Below, piece after piece: positions 1-10,543 of a DNA stretch of 64,000 nt (position 1 is the first letter of the stretch; every line of letters begins with the position of its first letter). This stretch comes from Macrostomum hystrix (taxonomy: Eukaryota; Animalia; Platyhelminthes), in contig CATNEN010000001.1 of the NCBI GenBank assembly GCA_950097015.1, positions 13,454,001-13,518,000 on the forward strand, written 5' to 3'. The notes beneath the pieces are model-generated. The model made no database searches. It was given only the letters and a program-made list of their open reading frames with translations, and was not told where the DNA came from. A program made the translations under genes and the position numbers.

Positions 1-2050
1 GGGTCGAAGGCCGCATCTGTTCATTACGAAGATGAGCTGACTGTTGCGCGGCAGAATGGCTGCGACATCGGCAACCGGGACCATGGCAGAAAGCAGCTTC
101 GTATTCTACTTGAAGCAGCTAATGAATTCACCAATGAAGAAAACAAACTGATTCTCATGACACCGCTAGATTGTACCGGTTTGCCACCACATTTCATGGG
201 TATCCTAGATAAGGCCACGCAGACGCGTAGTACTAATCAAGCCACCCTTATCGCTACTATGATTAAAGGCAACCGCGTTGCACTTGCGATCGGTGCACCA
301 ACCGTTTATCGTCTCGATGAAAATGATGCTGCAGACGATTCTGACAACGACTCCGGTCAAGAAGAAGACTATGACGAGCAAACTGCAGAGCAGACTGATG
401 AGATTTATGTCACTGGCGGCTCCTTACAGCAGCTTGCGCAGCTGATGTTTGCAACTTTTTCTGAAGAACTGAAGTTGCTGATTGTTGCTCTGTCTCTAAG
501 CATCTGTCCTTCCCGGAAGCCAGTCTCAAATGCCTGCATCAGTTCTCTCGGGATCTCCTCGTCCCACGCACTGGAGCCATCAAAGGCCGTGCCCTCCATC
601 TGCAGGACACCCTGGGCTCAGGCGTCCCATCAATTCTGTCTCTCGAGCAACTGGATCAGTGAACTTTCTCCTGAATTTCTGCCCCTCATCTGGCGGGCAG
701 GAGTCGTCTTGGTCGACCAAACATAATAAGCGGAATGATAGCTGATTCTTGCAGCGACTGATCTGATACACTCTGGCCATGTTGGGCCCTACCGCTCAGG
801 GGTCACACCAGATGATATGTTTTTGGGTTTTTGGTATGTTCTGGTGCAGCCTGCAGGGCAGTAGCATTCGACACGTCCGGCAATGATAACAGGCAATCTC
901 ATCGGTTAACCTTCGAAGGCTTCAGACTGTAAGGAAAAACTGTATAGCAGGAAGTAAATTATTAGAAGTTAATATATAAATTATCGTTTCCTTTTTGACA
1001 ATAAGAATGTCCACGCGAGAGTTAGTAGTGATAATTTAAGTGCAAATCAATACATCAGAGTGTTTCCCTTTTGCAACAAAAACCTACGAGCTAGAATAAA
1101 TACCGCAATTAAATCTTTGAAAACTTCCAGTAGACAACGGAGATCAGTCACGAAGTCGACGCCAAGGACGAGGTACTGCAGAGGAAAGTCGTCGTCTTCT
1201 TCGTATTTATGGCGAAATGCTGCCGCATACAATGGAAAATATGCCTCAATCTTTGCCCACTGTTACTTTTGCAGAGCTGGTGAAGCGCTGAGTTGCAAAC
1301 GGCAAAGTATCAGCGGGCTTAACTTTAATCGCCTTAGCCACTTCCGTCATAAGCGCATGTCCTTAACCGCGTGAAAGTAGTTTGTGAATTTTGTTTGCCC
1401 GATCAGTAAAGTTTTTCAGAAAGGTGGCTGCCTCATCGCCAAACTTGCGGTCGCGAACGTCTACTACAGCTAAATTGAGGAGATGTGAAGCATCCCAGAT
1501 CACTGGCTGAAATAAATCGTTGTCTTCAATACCGCTGCAGCCAGTGAAACACAGAATTTCACGGCTAAACTGGTGTGACTGATACTGTCCATCAGCGCAT
1601 GTCCCGCGATAGCGCGAAAGAGCTTCTTTTGGCAAGGTGCTGCGAGAGATAGTGTCGGAGCGCCAGGAGCTGTGGTGCGACGTGGACACAGTCAATCATT
1701 TCGTGCTGCAGGCACAGTCTGGACGGCTAGCGGTTGAGCAGAAAGGCAGTGCGATCAGGCGGTTTAGGAATGCGCTGGCTGCTGCCGTGACTCTCACGTG
1801 CTTTGGACTCCAGGCGAGTCAGCACGGTAGTCTTGAGTGCAGCGTCGCTAGGAAGTGCCAGGAAGCACTGGACTAGCCTGCCTACCAAGAGTAAGGGACA
1901 CGATGACGATGCCCATGAGACTGCCAATGGTAGGCCCAAAAAAAGCAACTGGTCTACAATTGGATAGAGCGAACAATGGATGATTCCATGCTGTAATTAG
2001 AGGCCGTTTTGTCAGCGTTAAAAGCAAGTGTTACTGCTCGATTGGAAATC
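1..2050 (+). pseudogene. hAT-superfamily-like transposase relic, internally inverted at 475-1635
   Basis: Plus-strand pieces (157-474 FMGILDKAT...; 1637-1876) join in frame to minus-strand pieces carrying ADGQY, WDASHLLNL and ATQRF, which resemble the hAT DG, CxxH-xLNL and TRW/F motifs. Stops, frameshifts and a probable GT-AG intron (~928-1103) are present. Confidence 0.6.
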
Positions 2051-2059
2051 GGATTGGAT

Positions 2060-2966
2060 TTAAGAGCTCACCTAAAGGGGTGGCTTGCCCTATCGAGGAC
2101 TTCTAGACAGGCGATGGGCCTGTGACTGCTAGTTGAGCTTATAGCTCTAGGGTCTAAGCCCTAAAAGTAAGTTCACTCCTGGAGCGTGTGGGTGAGCGCT
2201 CCAAAGGGAGTAAGTCCGGGTCCAGAAGGACGGATCGGTCAAGGAGAGTGCCCGAGAGGGGTCCGGTCCTTTTAGCCGCGTCAGGGGCCGGGTCCAGGGG
2301 TCTGGGCTCGGGGTCGGTCCAGTCTCTCCAGGTGAGCAGCGCAGCGCTCTTCCTTAAATAGTCCTGCAGCACGTGAACCTCGACATTCATCAAACCAACC
2401 CACAACCCCGCCCGCCTGTAAACGAGGAATCGGAGCGGCGATGCGCCACCCCGATTGCCCAATGAACCAGCTGCGAGGAACGACAGATGCTCCTCTAGGA
2501 TCAGCCGCCGGCAGTCGGCCAATTATTGCTACTCCGCCAAGACAATGGGAAGCGCAGGCGCCGACCTGCCTAGTGACAATACATGTTTTTAAAGGGGAAA
2601 GGTCATATAATCGAGCTGGGCTCGGATTGCACTAAAGAAGTGGGACATGAAGAATTATTGATCACTCATAATGCCCGAGTGGTTTCCGATATCTGATCGC
2701 GGTTTGGAGGGGAATTATGACCTACACTAGCTCATATAGTAAAGTTCTGGGCCCGCAGGGGTCAATTCTACAGGGGTTAAGACAGATCCGGGGAGAGGGG
2801 ATCGATGGCTACTTAACTCACCGCCGCCCCAAACCTGGCCCTAAAATTAATGACCTTGCTTTTGTGGCCAGCTGCTAGTTGGGTCGCGATTATTGATAAC
2901 TTAAAATTTCGAAAAATTTGGCTGGCTCACACCCTCACTCGATTCTCGTAGTACACTCCACATCAA
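2060..2966. mobile_element. Diverged copy of the distal part of the LTR-like repeat at 22820-23680
   Basis: Colinear with shared blocks such as gagcttatagctctagggtctaagccct, cagccgccggcagtcggccaat and ccgatatctgatcgcggtttggaggggaattatgacct. Both copies end at ctccacatca. Confidence 0.7.
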
Positions 2967-3119
2967 CACTTCATATGGTAGCGTCGCTCTTAATTATTCC
3001 AGCATCAGTTCAGGGTGTACCATGGAACAGAGGGTTGCGGTTCCCTTCCAAGAGGGTTGGTCTTCGTAATTCAAACTGTATTTAACTCTGCATGTTTCAC
3101 TCTCATTACCCGGTGGGGC

Positions 3120-3170
3120 AGCTTTTTGGGGCGCAGGGTGGGGCGCCGTGCGCCCCGCTATACGCCCAGC
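3120..3170. mobile_element. Probable right terminus (TIR/subterminal GC block) of the hAT-like element
   Basis: The reverse complement reads tgggcgtatagcggggcgc..., resembling the TAGGGGCGTAGC hAT end at 7778. Homology to the HES promoter copy starts immediately after. Confidence 0.4.
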
Positions 3171-3177
3171 CGCCGCC

Positions 3178-5451
3178 GGGGCGTGTGGTTCGTCTGTTTT
3201 TTAAATCGAAGCTCGAAATTTCGCAAACGACCGGCCGCCGCACGAGATTTTAAGTACCCCCCTTAACGCCAACCCCCGGCTTCCTGTTTCCTCTATCCCC
3301 GCTTTACTCGTGAAATGAATTCTGTTCTAGAATTCTTTATCTGCAGTTTTAGCTGTCATGTTCAGCCTAGATTCTCCCAAATGTGCCTTATCTAAAACAA
3401 ACCTCATAAGTAAACAAGAAATATCACCAATTCTTTGAGGACCTCAACAATTAGAGTTCACAAAAAAGCTCGTTGCAGCGAGCGTGTGAATTAAAAAATG
3501 ACTGTCAACACAGGTGGGCAGGCGGCTTTATTCTGAAGTTCTGACGGGCTTTAAGTTCTGAGACGTTGTTCCCTTTGAGATTGCGATTGAGAATGTGACA
3601 ATTAATTGCAATTGCAGCAGCATTACATAGTTGTAGTTAGAACTTTCACAATGTACAGCGCGCTAATTTCCTACGGCATTGTCAGTCTTGACGCCAATTT
3701 GGCTTAACAACAGCCAGTCAAAAAGTGTTTTTGTCCTTCGAAAAAGCCAGTCAGACAGCAATAGTTAGAAAATCAGAAACATATTTCAGACATAGAATTT
3801 GAGAATTCAGATTTAGTTTGGCTCGAGCAAATAACTTTTTAAGCTGCAATGCACTGCAAACCTTCGTTTTCACTTTCACTTCTCCGTTAAACTGCTATGT
3901 AATGCACGTGTGAATTTCAAACCGATCAACAAAGTTGACACTGAAATTAATTAGACAAGACGAAATAAATACAAAGACTTATGAGATTTTTTCTTGTCAT
4001 TTCTTAACTAAACATAGGGAAAGTTTATTTTGCAAAGTTAATTATTGTTTCAAGCATTTATAATTGCTAGGAATTTCAGCCATGTCATAATTATTTGAGT
4101 TGGAATTTGAATTTAGAGTATATGTTACATGAATATAGCAGCAAAGTGTGTTCTTATGAAGTTTGTGCATATGTTTTTAATTATTTATGCACTGTAGCTA
4201 CAGTTTTTACAGAAGGCACATTTTTACCTTTTTACCTTCAAGCCTCTTATAGCAGCTCAAGTTCTGTGTTTGTCTAAATTAGCAAAATTTGAAATGTCAG
4301 CTAGATTTAAAAAGAGGGCCTCAGTTTAATCAATATTCATTAAGGCATTCATAACAAGATTACTTTATTCACAGTTAGTCAATCATGTCTAGTTATTCTT
4401 TTTGGTTGGCACTCAGCAAGCTGTTGTTGATTGTTGGCCATTCAGCTTCAACACCAGATCCTTGACCTGTTAGATATGCTCTCCTTGTCCTGTTAGGTGT
4501 GAGAGGTGAGACAGTTGGTTTGCTGTTTGTATTTAGATCTATAGCTAGGCAAGAAGAGGCAGAAGGCTGATAAGAGCTGATAGAGGAATGTTAGCTATAG
4601 GTTAAATGGGACCACAATTGAGGGAATTATACAGGGCTGATATGAACTATGTACGGGGCTTAAGCATAAATGTAAAGTGTAGCTGAATGTAGGATAAACA
4701 GCTAGACAATTCACAATTAGGGGCTGACATAGATGCGTACTAAGCTTCTGATCTCGGTACAAGATCTGACAGCTCAAGTGTACACTCTGTACATCAGATG
4801 ACTCAGTGAAGATAGCTAGCAATGCCACAATTCTAGCTAGTGTTATAAAGACCTGGGGAATATAGTGTTCATAAATAAATAGTCATTAGCTAGAGGAATA
4901 GAGGAGGAGGAGAGGAGAGGAGAGAAGAGAGGAGAGAAGAGCAGAGGAGAGGAGAGGAGAGAAAAGGAGAGGAGAGGAGAGAAGAGCAGAGAAGAGAAGA
5001 GGAGAGGAAAGGAGAGGAGAAAAATAGGGAGGAGGAGAGGAGAGAAATGGAGGGAGGAGGAGAGGAGAGGAGAAGAGGAGAGGAGAGAAGAGGAGAGGAG
5101 AGGAAAGGAGAGGAGAAGAATAGGGAGGAGGAGGAGAGGAGAGAAGAGGAGGGAGGAGGAGAGGAGAAGAGGAGAGGAGAGAAGAGGAGAGAATGTAAGC
5201 TAAGTTTTTACCATCCTTTTAACTGCTTTCACTTTCTTGAATCCTTAATTCCTTTCAGGCTCTTCAATCATTTGTAGCCACATTTCACTTCTCTTTTAAG
5301 CTTTCAGCTGAAATGCCTCTGACATCATCCATGAGCAATGAGCTGCAGCTCAGGAGCATTGAGCTAAAAGCTAGGTTTCTCTAGCTAGTGAAACCAAGTT
5401 ATACACTATTACCATCCTTTCAACTACCTTAAATCTATTTTAACCTTTTTA
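3178..5451. repeat. Segmental duplicate (copy 1) of the HES upstream region 15252-16862, with an extra ~600 bp at ~3430-4030
   Basis: Near-identical colinear sequence from gggcgtgtggtt to aaatctattttaacctttta, including the (AGAGG)n tract. Confidence 0.95.
4890..5192. repeat. (AGAGG)n-like purine microsatellite
   Basis: Direct reading; paralogous tract at 16388-16605. Confidence 0.95.
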
Positions 5452-5596
5452 ACTCCTTCTAAACATTTGAAGATTTTAAACACCCTTTAATACACTTATT
5501 TTACTCTTATTAACTTCTAAGTTTGCTTTACCTTTACTTTTACTTATTTACTTTTCAATTTTCAGTACAATTATCGAGTCCTTTAATCGAGTCATT

Positions 5597-5818
5597 ATGT
5601 CAGAACAGCAGCAGCAACAGCAGCAGCAACAGCAGCAGCAACAGCAGCAGCAACAGCAGCAGCAAAAGCAGCCGCCCAGCAACAGCAGCCCGTGGCAGCT
5701 GCTGCCCACCACAGTGGGACCGACCAAGGTCCAGTGGTGGAAGGTGAAGGGGGCCGTGGCGGCCACCAACTTCACGCCGCCGAGGCCCCGGTGCCCTCCC
5801 TCACCGGGAAAGAAATAA
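5597..5818 (+). CDS. Putative 73-aa polyQ micro-protein
   Basis: ATG start, CAG/CAA polyQ, a GC-rich ORF within AT-rich flanks, and AATAAA overlapping the stop. No recognised domain. Confidence 0.45.
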   Translation: MSEQQQQQQQQQQQQQQQQQQQQKQPPSNSSPWQLLPTTVGPTKVQWWKVKGAVAATNFTPPRPRCPPSPGKK

Positions 5819-6102
5819 AAAGGTTTGTCTAAGCAACCTACCTATATGTGATACCTTTATTCCTTAATTCTTAATCCTTAATCGTTAATTCTTTAAATAA
5901 GCGCTAGTAGTAAAATTATACCCGTTTATGCAGGTGTAAGTTTTCATTGACTCTGGTAAAACAATATTTACTTTTAGCCATTATAGCACCATTTATCAAA
6001 ATGCGATTATCACACCACAATGCTAATGCAATATTACAACGTAGCAAAATGTACTCACATTCAATATGATTGTAGCCATAATGTCTTGTATCGTGTCGTG
6101 TC

Positions 6103-7100
6103 GTGTTTGTGTTTAACGAGACGGTGGCAAAACTTTGTCCACTGCCAGCTGCTGCAACATCACCAGCGGCATCCACCATCCCGAAACCTGCTAACAATGC
6201 ATCAGTAGCAGGAGCAGCGCTCGCAAAAGTGGCGGCAGCTAAGGCGGCAGCCGCTACAGCGGCTGCAGCAGCAGCAGTAGCGAAAGCAGCAGCAGAAGCG
6301 GAAGCAACAGCGGAAGCGGAAGCAGCAGCGGAAGCGGAAGCAACAGCGAAATGAAATGGGTAGGGTCTTTTACAAGCCGATGACCGCCTTCGTGAAAGAT
6401 AGGAGTGTGGAGAATTGGCGATAGAGTCGGAGGTCGATCGCGTAGCTGCCCGCGAGTTGTCGCGGAGAGGGATGAGACGAAGGGAGAGATGAAGGGAGAG
6501 GTGAGGCGGTACAAAGGATGCAGGGAGTGGTCCTATTGGCCTCAGGCTGGCCAGTCCCACTCGTCCCATAGGCCACAGGCATGACTGCCGTGCCTACCCC
6601 TAGCAATGCTCGAACCCGGCTAAAAGTCTAAAGTGAGGTGTCGGACTATCCGTAAGCAGATAGGACAGGGCTAGAGAGCCTACTGTCGTCAGTAGCATCT
6701 AAATAACTGACTCCTAACCTTGGTAGCGGTGGTCGAAACGGCCTAGGCTCTTGTCACAGAAATGCGGAAAGGCTATTGGCAAAGCGGAAAATGATCTCAG
6801 GAAGCGCCACCACCCAATGCTAAGCAAGACGAATTCGCCGGCTGCTAATTGCTTGATGGCTGTCGCGGCGTCTGCCTCTCCGACGGCTTCAGTGATGCTA
6901 GCCAACACAAGTTCGCCAGTTGGCTCCGCTTCACACACACAGCAGAAGAGACCTGGCTCACAGCTCGCCAGTCGTCCGCCGCAAAAAACACTTTCTTTGC
7001 ACCGACCTCACCGAAGTGAATATGAACTGATGGAGTTGTCGGATGACGAGGCTTCGGACATTATGAACGAATTTAGTGGGTCTTTGAAAGCCAGCATTCT
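6103..7100 (+). pseudogene. Ala-rich ORF of unknown function interrupted by an LTR-like fragment
   Basis: Ala/Glu-rich frame at 6103-6354; an Ala/Ser-rich frame resumes at ~6831 after the inserted repeat. Confidence 0.3.
6354..6830 (+). mobile_element. Fragment of the LTR-like repeat (PPT-like start plus ~470 bp), homologous to 21313-21760
   Basis: Shared gaa(a/g)tgggt(a)gggtctttt(a/g)caagc, ggcctcaggctggccagtcccactcgtcccataggccacagg and actgactcctaaccttggtagcggtggtcgaa, ending at gcgccaccacccaatgc. Confidence 0.8.
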
Positions 7101-7777
7101 CTTCCTTTATGTAAATATCTCTATATTTGTTCGACTATTTTTGCTTACTAGCCTATTTTTATTTCCATTGAAATTTTGAAATTTGTACAGCGACAACATT
7201 ATACTATTTATCAAATCATTTCGGTTGCTATCTTGCATTTGCATTGCAGTGCATACTATGTATGTTATACGATAATGTTTTTTAACGATAATTTACATGA
7301 ATTCATCAGCAAACTAATTCAGATTTAATTACCAATAAATACGAAGCGATATTTATATCTACACAGAGATTTGAAGCTATGAAATAGTTTATATTTTTAT
7401 CTATCTTTGATTTGAAATTCATATATTAAAAGGATGGACGCTTTATTTGTATATATATACGAACTCGAAGTGCATGGGTGGGGAGCGGAGCAGGATGGCG
7501 AGCTGCTGATGGGAATTTCTACAGCCTAAAATATTTTAACGCGAATGACGAACGACATACGGCACACCCTACTTATAGTAGAGTAAAGGGAATTTATATT
7601 CAATTTTATTCTACAAAGCGCCCGGCGCTATCCGGGGCGCCATCGGGCGGTTGGACACTGAATGCGCCCAGGTGCAAGGTGCCCGACTGCACCTTGGGCA
7701 CCTTGGAACCAGGGACTCCCTGTTTGAGACGCACATACAGGAATACCTGTGGCGCAGACAGTTTCCGCGCCTAGGCC

Positions 7778-10090
7778 TAGGGGCGTAGCTAGGGGCCACG
7801 CCCCCCAAACGGCTGGCGAACTTTGCGGCGCCCCCCCTCAGCCGCGATGGCGCCCCCCACCCGTCCTCCACAGACATACCGATGTACAGTAGGGCCCACT
7901 GATAGGGCGTCACTCCACTCACTTGCTGTGTTAGAAAATATGGGAAGGGGAAATAAAACTGATGTGTATAGCATAGCAGAGGGCGTTTTGGGTTTGGGGT
8001 CTGTAGGAGGAGGGGGTCGGAGGTCTGGGGAGGTCTTTGTCTGTGAGGTTAGGTCTGTTATAGTATTAGCGGAGGGCTGTGGGAGGAGGAGGGGTTGGGG
8101 TTGGGGGACTGCGGTTGCTTAAGTAATTATAGAGCCAGGCTAGAGCAACACTGGCTGCACATAATCTGACCGTGCTAACTTTATTCTTTCGCTGTTACAC
8201 ATTGTTAATGGAAAACAACATTGGGGCATCAGCTGTCCCTGCACAAGCATGCGTGGCTTCAAGCAACAAGAGGAAGCGTTCCATAGCAGAAAATCGCCGT
8301 CAGAAGCAAGCAAAGAAACTAAAGGCTAGCGCTTCAGACTGCATGAAACTAACGTCTATGTTTGATTCAAGAAAATACGGAACAGAAAGCAGGGCTGCTG
8401 GCGCCCATGCTGCCGTTGACCGCGCCCATGCTGCCGATGACGGCGCCCTTGCTGCCGGTAACGGAGCCCTTGCTGCTGGCGCCCTTGCTGCCGGTAACGG
8501 CGCCCTTTCTGCCTGTGACATGAAAGTCATGAAAATGACAATCCTTTTTCGCTGCATCAAGTGCAAGGGCGGTCACGTAAGAGAAAGCTGCTGCCCGTGC
8601 ATCTTAAGCGATTTTCTTGGTTATCGGTGAGTAAAGTGGCTGGACTAGAGGGAGCGTTCTGTACACCATGTTTTCTGTTTTCCTCGGCAACAGGTGTTGG
8701 TGGCCGCACTAATGGTTGTGGGCAGCAAGCCGGTGCACTTGTTCGGAAGCCTCTGAAGAGGTTTGATGACAACTGGAAAGGAAGGCGTGCTTTCATTGCA
8801 TGAGAAAAGCGAGTACCACAAGAAAAGCGCTGAAAAATAGACGAGTTTTTGAGACGCACTCACAAGGGAGAAAGTGCGCAAGACATTCGATCGCAGCTCA
8901 AGACCACAAGGCAGCAGGAGATGAATCGCGCAGGTCTAATCCCAATAATTGATTCTGTTCTGACGTGTGCTCGCCAGAACATCGCACTCCGTGGTCACCG
9001 CGGAGAGAATCAGCCAATGCAGTTGGATGCTGAAGAGCCTGAAAAAATGATGGGAACATTCGGGCGCTGCTGCGTTTCCGAGCTCGAGGAGGCGATGCCG
9101 CTCTTTCTAACTATGTGAGCTAATCTTCTGCCAATGCAACTTATCTGTCTCCATAGATTCAGAATGAAGTCTTGGATGTTGCATTGAAATTAATTCGAGA
9201 GAAGGTCGTAATGCGGGTTCAACGTGCCGAATGCTGGGCTCTGATAGTTGATGAGACAATGGATCTGCAGAAGAGAGAGCAACTTGTCATTGTTGCCCGC
9301 TATCTGTCTGATGCTACTGACGGCTCTTTGCAGCGGAATGAGGACCCAGTGGCAATGCTAGAACTTGTATCCGACATCGCTGGCGGTATCGACTCATAGG
9401 AATATGTTCGGCTAAGTGGCGAGAATATCGCTGCAGCAATTGTTCGCCGGCTGGAGGTGCTGGGGCTTAATCTCACCAGATGCGTGGCTCAGTGTTATGA
9501 TGGTGCCTCTGCAATGGCCAGTGAGAGAGTGGGTGTTGCTGTACACATTCGGAGTCAAGCTCCCCAGGCCGACTACTTCCACTGCATGGCCTATTGGCTA
9601 AATCTGAGTGCAGCGCATGCCGTTAAAATCCCGACTGTCAGGAACTCGCTCGAAGTCATTCAAGAAGCTGTTGCCGCATTTCGGTCAAGTAGCAAAAAGA
9701 CATTCCTACTAAAGCAGATAATTGAAGAGTCAAATGAGACTGTCGGATCAAAGCGGCAGCTTGCGAGTCTGTGTGAGACGCGGTTTTTGGAACGACACAC
9801 TTCCATTGTCACGTTTCGGCAACTTTTCAATCACGTTGTGCATGTGCTGGAAGAAATGAAGACTTGGCAAGGATCAGATGCGGCTCGATCAGCGACAACT
9901 CTGCATGCTGCAGTTCACAATTTCGAATTCATTGTTGGAATGATCATCCTTGAGAACCTTGCCGGCTTACCACAGCCAGTGTCGAGGCGACTTCAAGCTG
10001 CAGACAATGAGCTTGACGAAGCTGTCCGTGAGGTGAAAGAACTGCTGTCAGCGCTGGAGTCACTGCGAAGCGAGCAGCAGTTTCACGAGT
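7778..10090 (+). mobile_element. 3'-truncated hAT DNA transposon (ZMYM1/DUF4371-type), transposase pseudogene
   Basis: Left TIR TAGGGGCGTAGCTAGGG at 7778. TTF-type zinc finger (WL...FCTPC...HEKSEYH), RQNIALRGH, IVDETMD..REQL, QCYDGASAM, HCMAYWLNL and LCETRF are present, with several stops and frameshifts. Confidence 0.9.
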
Positions 10091-10142
10091 GAGAGGTGGA
10101 GTGAGAGGTGGAGTGAGGGGTGGAGTGAGGGGTGGAGTGAGA
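10091..10142. repeat. 12-bp tandem repeat (GAGRGGTGGAGT) x4 at the hAT truncation point
   Basis: Direct reading. Confidence 0.9.
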
Positions 10143-10543
10143 GAAATGTCTGTCAGTCAAGTCAGTCTGTCCGACAATCTGGATTAATTCTTTCTCTAAA
10201 AGATCTTTTCTAAAAATGAAAAATGCTCACCATTTGCTAGTATTTTCGACAAGCCAGAGCTGATCAATCAATTCATCGAACAAGTACATTAAGAGAATCC
10301 GCTTTCTTGCCTGTCCCACTGAAAAGAATCTAAACTTTATCTGCCACTTTTGCCACTTTGGAGTGTGTGTGTTTCGCGGAACAACGATTACAAAGCATCT
10401 AACAAACGGTACAGTTGAAGCATGGTTTAGTTGGGTGAAAAATCGAGTATGCCGACAGAGTAGCTCACGATTGAAAATTAGCAACATGTTACGTGACCAT
10501 CGCAATTGTCACGTAGAGTAGAGTAAAAAAGGAGCAACAACCA

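Noticed and set aside
2130-2170. Twister-ribozyme-like AGGGTCTAAGCCCT loop (also ~22917)
   Set aside because: Lacks the UAA cleavage loop, P1/P2 and a conserved pseudoknot partner.
2154-2650. Antisense ORF shared with 23079-23366 (Cys/His-rich)
   Set aside because: Differences between copies showed no clear third-position bias in the stretch I compared, and frames are broken by indels and stops.
5904-5915. Polinton (AGTAGT) or Helitron (CTAG) terminus
   Set aside because: Only a 4-6 bp match, with no partner TIR, subterminal hairpin or hallmark genes in the window.
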